DNA of 64,000 nucleotides from Eledone cirrhosa (GCA_964016885.1 OZ024742.1:146196001-146260000); one strand, 5' to 3'; shown: positions 1 through 11,062, numbered from the stretch's first letter. The notes: generated by a model not told the origin, from the sequence alone. Translations and numbers: made by a program.

Positions 1-124
1 GCAGAAAAATATGATTTTCTTTACATTTAAGGGGGGGGGGGGAGTAGGTTTCATGCAAAAGAATAAAATGTTCTTTGAAACACACGCACAACATCATTTA
101 AAGTCTGTTTTTCTATGTTTGCAT

Positions 125-410
125 GGGTAGTACTATTAGAATCAAAAAGTCTTAAAGTTAACTTGTCAAAGACTAAAGTTCTAGGATATAGAAGGGAAAT
201 GCCTTTGCTCAGTGTGCAGGAAAGGGGTAGGTAGAAATTCCATTCTATGTTCCAAATGCAAGCTATAGGTACACAAGAGATGTAGTGGGATCAGAGGTAA
301 ACTATCAAAGAATGTAGGTTTTATATGTGGTCAATGCACAGGTGCAATAAGTAGCAAGATGCTAGCTCCCATGAGATGCTAGCTCCTTCAAACGCCCAGA
401 TGGCTCTGTA
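125..410 (+). mobile_element. Degenerate RTE-type LINE fragment
   Basis: Nucleotide similarity to the RTE copy at about 62920-63220 (aaaggggtaggtagaaattccattctatgttccaaatgcaagc...aagagatgtagtgggatcag). Confidence 0.7.
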
Positions 411-754
411 GTAACTGAAACTGCACCAACGTATATAAACATGTATGTAAATATGTCAGAAAATATGAATTAATTAATTACCAATACAAGCACTAATTAT
501 ATGCAAATTAGTATATCCATTTGAGACTGATACGAAGAACGAATGGGTATATATACCCATCAAATACAAGTTTCCTTGTGGTTGATTGGAGGATATACCA
601 GTCTTTTGATGAGGGTCCAATAATATCCGAAAATTGATGAAAGATGTTTATCACTTTTTCAATTTACAGGAAAATTTATATTTTCTGGCATGTTTACATG
701 CTTACATATTAGATATGTATATATATTTATACACATTGGTGCAGTCTTGATTAC
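411..754. repeat. About 345-bp fold-back element with imperfect terminal inverted repeats and a degenerate hammerhead-like core at about 601-645
   Basis: gtaactgaaactgcaccaacgtatataaa (411) is complementary to tttatacacattggtgcagtcttgattac (to 754), and atgtaaatatgtcagaaaatat pairs with atattttctggcatgtttacat. Internal motif: gtctt-TTGATGA-gggt..atcc-GAAA..aagat. Confidence 0.5.
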
Positions 755-913
755 ATACTCTGTATTTATACAGATATAGCTTTATCATACACTTTGGCTG
801 CTAGCACACTTCTTACTATATATATATAACGAAGGAAATGTGGTAAGGAACCAGGTGGACCATAACGCACCAAAGTACTCAATACTTAGGGTAGTAGAGT
901 GGGTACTAGGAAC

Positions 914-1009
914 GAGCAGGGCCCCGACGACTGAGCTCAAGCCGTTTCGACGGCTAATTCCAGAATTAGCCGTCGAAACGGCTTGAGCTCAGCCGTCGGG
1001 GTCCTACTC
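914..1009. repeat. 47-bp-arm GC-rich palindrome with a 2-nt loop
   Basis: 914-960 is the reverse complement of 963-1009 with 3 mismatches. It lies between (TA)n tracts at about 817-828 and 1013-1032. Confidence 0.9.
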
Positions 1010-1684
1010 TTTCATATATATATATATATATACGGGGTAACAAATAATAGTTAAATGCAGTCCACTTAGGTATAGTCCAGTTATGGTATTCCAGGTAGTG
1101 GATGATATTAACGCTTGGCTTGGTTTGACTCAAGGCGTTTTCATAGTGATGCTGCGGGTATGCTGCGGGTATGTTGTCTCCTCAAATAATTTATTAATAG
1201 CATTGTTGTAATTGTTGTTATTGTTCTAACTGAATACCATTACTACTTCATATAGTAGCCTGTATATTCTTTTCTTGCCTGTGTATTCTCTTCATTCTCG
1301 CATGCTCCGAAGAACTGACTGGTTATAATTTTGTATTGGCGATCGAGTAATGTGAAAATAAGCGAATAGCGATCTCTAGACCTACCAGTTCAGAGAAACA
1401 ATTGTCAGCTATGAGATTAAAAACCTTTTTTGTATAGCAAACCATGTCAACCTTCTTTCCTGATTTATTATTACTCCAAGTGTTTACAACATAGGAATTA
1501 CAGCATACCCGCAGCATCACTATGAAAACGCCTTGAGTCAAACCAAGCCAAGCGTTAATATCATCCACTACCTGGAATACCATAACTGGACTATACCTAA
1601 GTGGACTGCATTTAACTATTATTTGTTACCCCGTATATTTAGCTCCCACCTGGTCGAGCAACACCATTAACGCACGGCAACAAC

Positions 1685-4075
1685 ATGGAGAAGCACCGTA
1701 TAGGTATGTCACTGAAAAACATACCTATACCTACAAAAAAGGACTATACACTGGGCATGATACGACGGACTAATGATTTCATCCGCAGGGTCCGATGGAA
1801 AGCTTACCATTTCGATAAGGGACCGAATACCAACGCAAAGGAATTTTCTAAGGAGAATTACGGGTTTAAATCCTGCAAAAACCCGCCAAACAACCCCGCA
1901 CTCGATGCCTTCGAGCTGAACCTTATGAACATGATAAGTGAAACTAAATTTAAAAAAGGAACAAATCACAACAAATTGCAAAATGACTTAAATACATTAC
2001 TAAAAAAACTAAAAGACACTAACGGTATCATAGTAAAAGCAGACAAAACATCAAACGTATACTCTATGGACATTAACACATACAATAGCTTTATCCAGCG
2101 TGAACTACATAAACAATATAAAAAAACAAATGAATCTACACTCACCAGCATTAACGTGGAGGGCCTCAAGATACTTAATAAACTCGGAATTCCAGATAGG
2201 ACCGAACCGCTAACCACGTGCAACCCAACATTTAACCTGAAGGATCACAAAAATAACTTTGAAACTAATCCCACCATTAGATTCATATGCCCATCTAAGT
2301 CAGACATAGGTAAAATTAGCAAGAACATTCTAGATAGGGTAATCGCACAAATAAAGGGTAAACTAGAAATCAATTTATGGGGCAACACTAACGAGGCAAT
2401 TAAATGGTTCAATAAAATACAAAATAGGGAGACGTGTAACTTCATACAATTTGATATAGACGACTACTATGCATCCATATCCCCAGCTACCCTAGATAAG
2501 GCGCTTATATTTGCCCAAAATAACTCTGATCTTACTCATGATGAAATTGAAATAATAATAGCGGCTAGAAGGACTATCATAAAATTTGAAAATAGCTACT
2601 GGGTAAGAAAGGATAGAATAAATAGCTTCGATATAACAATGGGATCAAATGATTCTGCGCATATCACATATATCGTGGGGCTATTCATAGCACACAACCT
2701 ACATAAGGAATTCAGTAACCTCCAAGGAGGAATTTATAGGGACGACACGTTACTTATAGCTAGGAACCTAAACAACCAGAGCATGGAAAGACTAAGAAAA
2801 AAAATTAGAATATTCTTCAAAAAACTAGGCCTAAGTATTACCTACGAACTGAACCATAAGAAGGTAAATTTTCTAGATGTGACTCTAAATCTAAATACTG
2901 GATTAATAGAACCTTTCACAAAAATAATGAAAATCTTGCCTACATTAGTTACAACTCAAATCACCCCAAATCCATAATTAGATCCATAGCACGTAGTATA
3001 TCCCTCCGAATATCCCGCTTATCCTCAAACCTAAAAATCTTTAACGAGCATGTTGACAGCATTACGTAGGGCCGGTCATAAAGATAAACTGCAGTATATA
3101 GTGAATAAAGACAACGTAAACAATCCGAGTAATTACTACTCCAACCGCTCACATAATAATAGAAATAACTTGACTAGACATAGGGTTAGACACGTAACAC
3201 CTGGAGTAAACGGCCAAAACACTAATAACGTAAACCCAAGAAACAATAGAAGAAACAGACAAATAAAATACCTATAGTTCAACCCAATATTCAACTCCTC
3301 TATAAAAACTAGACTGCCCTCTACATTCTTTAAACTAATAGATAAACACTTCCCTATCTCGCATAGATATCACAAAATACTCAATAGATCTACTATAAAA
3401 CTCTCATACTCAACAGCAGCAAACATAGAATCACACATACGCAAGATCAACCACAGAAATATCTCTAGTAAATCAACTGCACCTATACATAACGTAGCAC
3501 CAAATTATAAGCACAAACACATCACAACATCACAACCACAAGCGCATACAAACGCGCAGCAGCAAAACCCCATTGGGCATATATCACAACCCACTTATAA
3601 CAGAGTATTAGACAGGAATGTAAAAGCTGCACAAAATAGCGCCTCAAACTGTAACTGTCACCTACCAGATAGGTGCCCATTGGCGAACAGATGTCTCGAT
3701 TCGTGCCTAGTGTACATGTGCACGGTCATCTCGGGTAACTCCACCTGGAATTACATAGGATCCACCGCGGGTTCTTTTAAAAAAAGATGGTATGTGCACA
3801 GGCACTCAATGAAAAACCGTGCACTTATGGGTTCCACAACACTCGCCAAAAAAATATGGGAACTGAAGGACAGCAGCACTAACTACAGTATCAACAGGTC
3901 GAAGTTGTCGGCTGCTAAAACCTATAGTACAGGGATGTCCCACTGCGGGCTATGTGATCTTGAGCTATTGTATATCCTCAAAAATGTAAAAAGGCTACTT
4001 AACAATAAGTTAGAAAGATCTATCTTCTGCAGACATAGAATTACCACTAAATTCATAAGATTCAAACCTCCGTGA
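1685..4075 (+). pseudogene. Penelope-like RT plus GIY-YIG endonuclease ORF, disrupted by frameshifts near 2916 and 3058 and a TAG at 3275-3277
   Basis: RT motifs: KADKT, LKDHK..F...P..R.I.P.KSDIGKISK, FIQFDIDDYYASI, FDITMGS, YRDD, VNFLDVTL, SNHP (shifted frame). Endonuclease region: CNC..CPL..C..LVY..YIGST...FKKRW..H, then C.LC..E...LLN...E...CRH. The signature recalls Naiad/Nematis-type PLEs (clade unverified). Confidence 0.9.
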
Positions 4076-4397
4076 ATCGAACCAACACAACATAGCTTTA
4101 AATTAGGATACCTACTACCCACAGAAATATATTCATTAAGTATACTCTAGCCTTCACAAGTCTATACCACACACATGTCTATAAGTACCTCATCAACCCA
4201 CAAACTTATTCCTTCTCAGCTGCTGCCATCATTTGATCCTAAATCCTAGTTTTTCTCAAATCACTACTACAATGTAACTTTACCTTCCTTTTGCCATAAT
4301 TACAATTAGCACGCTTATCTCTTTGCATGTATGTATATTTTTGTACGAGTGTATATTGATGTGTATGTATGTGTCTATGTACACATGCATGTGTATG

Positions 4398-4480
<83 letters not shown>

Positions 4481-4695
4481 GTTCAAAATGTACATCCACA
4501 TATGTATACTGAAATACTAGTATGCATATGAATACACACACGTATACATATGTAGATGTACCGAGTTTTTCACTGGTCACTTTACTGTGAGTGTCCAGCT
4601 ACTCTGCATGCAAACACACAGACAAACCGGTTTTTAGAGTCATACTGGTTTTTGAGGAAACACCTTTCCTCTATTCTCCAGAAAGCCAGACAAGG

Positions 4696-4740
4696 AATAT
4701 TGAACTAGTTTCGTTGTTGTTACAACTCATCAGCAATATT
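4696..4740 (-). ncRNA. Type I hammerhead ribozyme (copy 1)
   Basis: Reverse complement reads aatattg CTGATGA gttgt-aaca-acaac GAA ACTAGT T caatatt. Confidence 0.85.
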
Positions 4741-5161
4741 TACCTATATTCCGGCCTTTCTAGAGAATCGTAAAAGCACATATCGTTATATGCCTTTTCT
4801 ATGAAAATTAGTAGTGGGCAGACTAATTTGCATAGAGCGTGAGTACGTACCGGTTCAACGGAGACGATAAAAACAAATAACGAAACGAAATTAAATTTCG
4901 TTTCGTTTGTAACTCACTTTTGTATGACTGACGCTTAAACAATTAAGTTCAAAATGTACATCCACATATGTATACTGAAATACTAGTATGCATATGAATA
5001 CACACACGTATACATATGTAGATGTACCGAGTTTTTCACTGGTCACTTTACTGTGAGTGTCCAGCTACTCTGCATGCAAACACACAGACAAACCGGTTTT
5101 TAGAGTCATACTGGTTTTTGAGGAAACACCTTTCCTCTATTCTCCAGAAAGCCAGACAAGG

Positions 5162-5206
5162 AATATTGAACTAGTTTCGTTGTTGTTACAACTCATCAGC
5201 AATATT
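5162..5206 (-). ncRNA. Type I hammerhead ribozyme (copy 2)
   Basis: Identical to copy 1, 466 bp downstream. Confidence 0.85.
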
Positions 5207-5875
5207 TACCTATATTCCGGCCTTTCTAGAGAATCGTAAAAGCACATATCGTTATATGCTTTTTCTATGAAAATTAGTAGTGGGCAGACTAATTTGCATA
5301 GAGCGTGAGTACGTACCGGTTCAACGGAGACGATAAAAACAAATAACGAAACGAAATTAAATTTCGTTTCGTTTGTAACTCACTTTTGTATGACTGACGC
5401 TTAAACAATTAAGTTCAAACAACGTTGTAACAACATCGAAACTAGTTCAATATTCCTTGTCTGGCTTTCTGGAGAATAGAGGAAAGGTGTTTCCTCAAAA
5501 ACCAGTATGACTCTAAAAACCGGTTTGTCTGTGTGTTTGCATGCAGAGTAGCTGGACACTCACAGTAAAGTGACCAGTGAAAAACTCGGTACATCTACAT
5601 ATGTATACGTGTGTGTATTCATATGCATACTAGTATTTCAGTATACATATGTGGATGTACATTTTGAACTTAATTGTTTAAGCGTCAGTCATACAAAAGT
5701 GAGTTACAAACGAAACGAAATTTAATTTCGTTTCGTTATTTGTTTTTATCGTCTCCGTTGAACCGGTACGTACTCACGCTCTATGCAAATTAGTCTGCCC
5801 ACTACTAATTTTCATAGAAAAAGCATATAACGATATGTGCTTTTACGATTCTCTAGAAAGGCCGGAAGATAGGTA

Positions 5876-5920
5876 AATATTGCTGATGAGTTGTAACAAC
5901 AACGAAACTAGTTCAATATT
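5876..5920 (+). ncRNA. Type I hammerhead ribozyme (copy 3)
   Basis: Stem I aatattg/caatatt, extendable to about 5848-5943. Core CUGAUGA, stem II gttgt/acaac, GAAA, palindromic stem III ACUAGU. Predicted GUU cleavage after 5913. Confidence 0.85.
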
Positions 5921-6341
5921 CCTTGTCTGGCTTTCTGGAGAATAGAGGAAAGGTGTTTCCTCAAAAACCAGTATGACTCTAAAAACCGGTTTGTCTGTGT
6001 GTTTGCATGCAGAGTAGCTGGACACTCACAGTAAAGTGACCAGTGAAAAACTCGGTACATCTACATATGTATACGTGTGTGTATTCATATGCATACTAGT
6101 ATTTCAGTATACATATGTGGATGTACATTTTGAACTTAATTGTTTAAGCGTCAGTCATACAAAAGTGAGTTACAAACGAAACGAAATTTAATTTCGTTTC
6201 GTTATTTGTTTTTATCGTCTCCGTTGAACCGGTATGTACTCACGCTCTATGCAAATTAGTCTGCCCACTACTAATTTTCATAGAAAAAGCATATAACGAT
6301 ATGTGCTTTTACGATTCTCTAGAAAGGCCGGAAGATAGGTA

Positions 6342-6386
6342 AATATTGCTGATGAGTTATAACAACAACGAAACTAGTTCAATATT
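6342..6386 (+). ncRNA. Type I hammerhead ribozyme (copy 4, one stem II mismatch)
   Basis: As copy 3, but stem II is gttat/acaac. Confidence 0.8.
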
Positions 6387-6673
6387 CCTTGTCTGGCTTT
6401 CTGGAGAATAGAGGAAAGGTGTTTCCTCAAAAACCAGTATGACTCTAAAAACCGGTTTGTCTGTGTGTTTGCATGCAGAGTAGCTGGACACTCACAGTAA
6501 AGTGACCAGTGAAAAACTCGGTACATCTACATATGTATACGTGTGTGTATTCATATGCATACTAGTATTTCAGTATACATATGTGGATGTACATTTTTAA
6601 CTCAATTGTTTAAGCGTCAGTCATACAAAAGTGAGTTACAAACGAAACGAAATTTAATTTCGTTTCGTTATTT

Positions 6674-6741
<68 letters not shown>

Positions 6742-7284
6742 ATAAATATATGCGTATATTACCTCGTTAACCTCTGTATTAACTCAACAACTATTTACCT
6801 TTGACAGTGTTGTCCCTCTCATGTATGTTATTGAAGATGAAAAAAAAGACTGTAAACACTGGCTTATCTTTATAATTTAAAATTGATACGCACTTCGATA
6901 CTCTGTACATGCTAAAATCTTACTTTTGCCTCATGACAGCTAGTTTTACACGCCGTAATCTTAGATACACTATACCCCCCACCTAAGTAATGTCAGGGTA
7001 TCCTCAAATAATTTATTAATAGCATTGTTGTAATTGTTGCTATTGTTCTAACTGAATGCCATTACTACTTCATATAGTAGCCTGTATATTCTTTTCTTGC
7101 CTATGTATTCTCTTCATTCTCGCATGCTCCGAAGAACTGACTGGTTATAATTTTGTATTGGCGATCGAGTAACGTGAAAATAAGCGAATAGCGATCTCTA
7201 GACCTACCAGTTCAGAGAAACAATTGTCAGCTATGAGATTAAAAACCTTTTTTGTATAGCAAACCATGTCAACCTTCTTTCCTG

Positions 7285-7329
<45 letters not shown>

Positions 7330-7330
<1 letters not shown>

Positions 7331-7960
7331 GTGGGAAAGTAAAAAATCAGAGAATAGACCGTTAAAACATGTTTATTTAAAACAGCACCTATGTACGTTT
7401 CGCCCAGTTGGGCTTCTCAAGGGCATAAATAATCAAAAGTGTTCCTTATATTCCTCGGAAAGAGTTTTTGGGGTTAAATCCACATCAAGGTTCATTGCTC
7501 GCAAAAATAGCTTGTTTCGATTTTGCAGCAGGTCAAGGGAGGTAACTCTGGCCGGTGTTAGGGCAGTCTTTCCCGGACAAAATCTTTTCTTTTTTTTTGC
7601 CACATCTGTTTGTCTGAGGCTGGGTCTGGTATGCAAGGATTGTATCCTGGGTGTTATTTTGCAGCGCCTGCCCGCCGGGGTGTTAAGACTTGTTGCAGGG
7701 AGATCCGGTGTACGGTTTCACTCCTCATCCGTAACCCATCTGAAGAAGGATATTTTTAAGCGATGTGTACAACTTATCGCTGTTTCAGCTCTGCTGTTGA
7801 TGAGCTCGTGGGGTGCAGTTATGATGTGGTAGAGCTCCATGAGGCAAAGATCGCATTTCCTCTTGAAGTTGTACGGTGCAGCCCTGCCGACAATCTCCCT
7901 TGGCAAATAACTATATGTATCACCTATCCTCCCCTTTTTTTCTCTTTCTCGATACGTAAA
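7330..7960 (-). mobile_element. 3-prime fragment of a second Penelope-like element between (TA)n tracts
   Basis: REIVGRAAPYNFKRKCDLCLMELYHII..LINSRAE..SCTHRLK matches the C-terminal motif of the first PLE. A hammerhead-like variant lies downstream at 7390-7427. Confidence 0.75.
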
Positions 7961-7962
7961 TA

Positions 7963-8055
<93 letters not shown>

Positions 8056-8305
8056 ATCTAAGGCGGGTAAAATTCCCGAGATCCATGGACGAGTTCACTC
8101 CAGCGGTCTCTGTCCCTCATTATCGCTGCCATGTCCTGCATCTCCAACAGACCAGTGTCTGTCCTTAGGGCATCAACATACGTTAACCTTGGTCTTCCTC
8201 TTCTAGTGTGTCCATGTAGGGGCTCCCAAGGGAGTACTGAGTGCAATGTCAACTCTGGATGTCGGTGAGCATGTCCAGCTAACCTCAGTCTCCTCTGTGT
8301 CACTT
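8056..8305 (-). mobile_element. RTE-like LINE 3-prime fragment
   Basis: QRRLRLAGHAHRHPE...WEP.HG..RRGRPRLTYVD is a typical RTE-group C-terminus. Confidence 0.7.
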
Positions 8306-8340
8306 TATATATATGGAGGCACATTACTATATATATATAT

Positions 8341-8675
8341 GGAGGCACATGGCTTAGTGGTTAGAGCATTGGCCTTGCAATCGAAAGGTTGTGAGTTCAA
8401 TTCTCAGACCGGGTGATGTATTGTTTCCTTGAGCAAGACACTTTATTTCACATTGCTCCAGTTTACTCACCTGTAGAAATGAGATGATAGGGACTGAGGT
8501 CCCTATCATTCCACTGGAAAGTGGTCGTGGAGGTGCCACGGCAAAAAAGCACCCAGCACTCACTGTAAATGAGGTTGGTGTTAGGAAGGGCATCCAGCTG
8601 TAGAAATCAAGCCAGAATCAGTTCCCGTCCCACCCTTGCAAGCAGGGAAAAAGCGGACATAAAATGAAATGACAT
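8341..8675 (+). mobile_element. tRNA-derived SINE
   Basis: A-box tggcttagtggttagagc and B-box gagttcaattc, then cttgagcaagacactttatttcac. Near-identical to 57860-58295. Confidence 0.8.
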
Positions 8676-9819
8676 TACTAGCACAAATTAAAACAATTTT
8701 TGCTTTCACTTTAAAGTGGGATCCTATTTATTATTACTAATTTTTATATATATATATATATATCAGTACACAACTCACAAAAACAAGATGGTTAGGACAG
8801 AACAAAGGAGAGACTCAAAATAACAACAAAAGTAGTTACTGAGGAGGTCACAGAATATGTGACAAAAGAGCTTTGATAATCAACAACTAAACAACCATCT
8901 GGTTATTAAATTAACCAACAGAGTGTTTATAATAGATTGAAGTGAAAACCAACAGGTGTGTGTGTTTTTATTGGCAGCATGATCCTCCCAAGGAATATGT
9001 GTGTGATGTGTGTGAGTGTGTATGTGAGTGAGTGTGTGCGTGTGTGTGTCTATGTGTTTATGTGGCTGTGTGAGAGAGAGAAAGAGAGACGGAGAGAGAG
9101 ATTTGATTAGTATTGACCTGAGGTGAAACAGCAACTATGTGTATATCATTAGTCAGTTTGATGAGGGTTAAACTAGAACTACACAACCACTACCAGTGTG
9201 TCATATATCTGCTTGATCAGGGCTGACCTGGGACTAAACAACAACAGCAACAACAATCTTTGTGTATGTGTCAAAGATCTGATGGATCAGGGTTGACCTG
9301 GGGCTGTACACTAAATAACTGTTTTTTTACCTGACACATATACTCTAAAGCTAATGACTCAATTTCAATTACTATCTCCTAATCCATTTGTAAATTAAAC
9401 CCCCCCCCCCCCCCCCCGCTACACACACACACACCTCAGCACATTGGGCTTTAATAAATAAGATTGATCTAGAAGATTTGAAAAAAAATATCTCTACACA
9501 ATCTGGTACTGGAATTCACTCAAACCAAAAATCTCCTTTAAGCTAAACAAATTGCTCACAGAGCAATGTCAAAAAACTTTTAATAAATGAATAAATAAAA
9601 TAATAATTCTTCTGTAACTGCCAGAGGAACTAATACTGAAATATCATTATCCAACGTTGTTCTATGTTCACCTCCATATAATTACTATATCCTGGAAATG
9701 TTAGATAGAATAAGGAAATATCTTTTTCCAATACTGTGTATTTTCACTTCTAAATAATTACTGTATGATTGGAATTTTACTCATTTTGGGATCTATTCAC
9801 ATAAAGAAAACAAAAAATG

Positions 9820-10340
9820 AATTGCAAATGATGAAAGGAATACAGTCAGTGAAGAATGTTGTGAAGACAAATAAAATGAGATGGTTGGGTTATATGTTGA
9901 GGAAGGATGAATGTGACTGGGTGTGAGGCATAGAACCAGTGATGAATGTTGTGAAAAGAAATGAAATGAGATAGTTGGGTCATGTGTTGAGGGAGGATGA
10001 CAGAAACTAGGTGAGATGATGATGGAATTAGAGCCAGTGATAACTGTTGGGAAAAGAAATAAAATGTGATGAGTCATGCATTGAGGAAGGTTGAAATTGA
10101 TTGGGTGAGAGGAGTGATGCTAATAGAGCCAGTGATGAATGCTGTGAAGAGAGAAGGCATGATGAGATTGTTGGGTCATGTTTTGAGGGAGGATGAAAGT
10201 AACTAGGTGAGAAGATGATGGTAATAAAGCCAGAGATGAATGTTATAAAGAGAAATGGAATGTGATGGTTGGGTCATGTGGTAAGGGGGATGAAAGTGAC
10301 TGGGCGAAAACATGATGGGAATGAATGTGAAAAGAAACAA
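9820..10340 (+). repeat. Degenerate tandem repeat of about 95-100 bp (about 5 copies), probably derived from an RTE 3-prime segment
   Basis: Recurring gccagtgatgaatgttgtgaa...gagatggttgggtcatgtgttgaggaaggatga. Confidence 0.6.
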
Positions 10341-10564
10341 AGGAAGAGAAAGACCTAGAAAGACATGGCTAAAGATGATAAGGTAAGAAATGAGCCAGGG
10401 GTTAGTGAGGGAAGAAACAGATAGAAGAGCGAAATAGAGAAGCTCATAATGAGACCCATGAAGCTAACACTCGCTGACCTTAAAATGTTTGTTGCTGAAC
10501 TGCTGTATCCTGGAAATATTAAAGTGAGAACATGGAAATAGCTTTTATCCAGCATTATTATATT

Positions 10565-10673
10565 CTCTGTTTTTGTTTTTTACACGCAGAAATGCCCATT
10601 TGTACCGTCCTGCATTGTCCTGCACTGTCCTTAATGTCTACTTTATGTAAACCCTTGTGGTTAATAAAGAAAT
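10565..10673 (+). mobile_element. Extremely 5-prime-truncated Tx1-like insertion with target-site duplication
   Basis: Near-identical to the 3-prime UTR at 32737-32850 (reverse complement). Flanked by cattattatattct at 10553-10566 and 10674-10687. Confidence 0.85.
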
Positions 10674-10837
10674 CATTATTATATTCTGTATTCTGTAGAT
10701 AAAAGTCAGGCCAAGGAAATATCTTTGTCCAGTGTTGTGTTTTCATTTCTATATAATTACTGTATCCACTAAGCGGAACAAAATTCTATTATTTATGCAC
10801 ATTAACACAAACTTTAATCAAATATTTGGCAACTTAC

Positions 10838-10906
10838 CGTTTCCACATGTAAATAGTGAATCAGTGTGTTGTGTGTTTTTTACTAAATTATGGTAGTAAT
10901 GATTAT
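10838..10906 (-). CDS. Possible small exon of the host gene (NHYYHNLVKNTQHTDSLFTCGN)
   Basis: Consensus donor G/GTAAGT and a phase 1-1 open frame after TAG. The polypyrimidine tract is weak and no homology was recognised. Confidence 0.2.
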
Positions 10907-11062
10907 CTATTAATTATCTCCAGGAAACAGACATACTAATATTTTGTTGCTGAACAAATTCCAAGCAAAACTATCTTAATCTTAACGTATTCTTGGATTG
11001 AACCAGAACTTTTTCATCCAGAAAGAGGACATCAGAATTGAAAGGGTTTTGAATAAAATTGT

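Larger units (their letters stand above)
4475..6677. mobile_element. Retrozyme-like array of a 466-bp unit: about 2.0 copies (4475-5419) followed by about 2.7 inverted copies (5424-6677), flanked by (TA)n
   Basis: Unit starts aattaagttc at 4475, 4941 and 5407 (period 466). The right arm is the reverse complement. Each complete unit carries one hammerhead and several hairpins. (TA)n tracts lie at 4402-4474 and 6677-6725. Confidence 0.85.
1028..7289 (+). mobile_element. Penelope-like retroelement (whole insertion, with pseudo-LTRs), bounded by (TA)n tracts
   Basis: 1028-1165 is an inverted copy of 1501-1638, and 1180-1468 is directly repeated at 7002-7289. An RT plus GIY-YIG ORF lies between them. 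Direct plus inverted partial pLTRs are the typical PLE architecture. Confidence 0.75.

Noticed and set aside
1685-4075. Selenocysteine or programmed readthrough in the PLE ORF
   Set aside because: The interruptions are two frameshifts and a TAG at a position where Trp is expected. No in-frame TGA was seen at Cys positions.
4239-4580. ORFs with [10 protein letters not shown] or poly-I runs (also near 7266, 38541, 57560, 58195)
   Set aside because: They are translations of (TA)n, (CA)n and (AAT)n microsatellites.
4591-6025. Repeated 60-aa ORF (MSSYSACKH...) in the 466-bp unit
   Set aside because: It starts at GTG, is antisense to the ribozyme, has no recognisable motif, and recurs only because the unit is repeated.
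8341-8415. tRNA gene
   Set aside because: A and B boxes are present, but the sequence continues into the SINE body, has no proper acceptor stem and occurs as dispersed degenerate copies.
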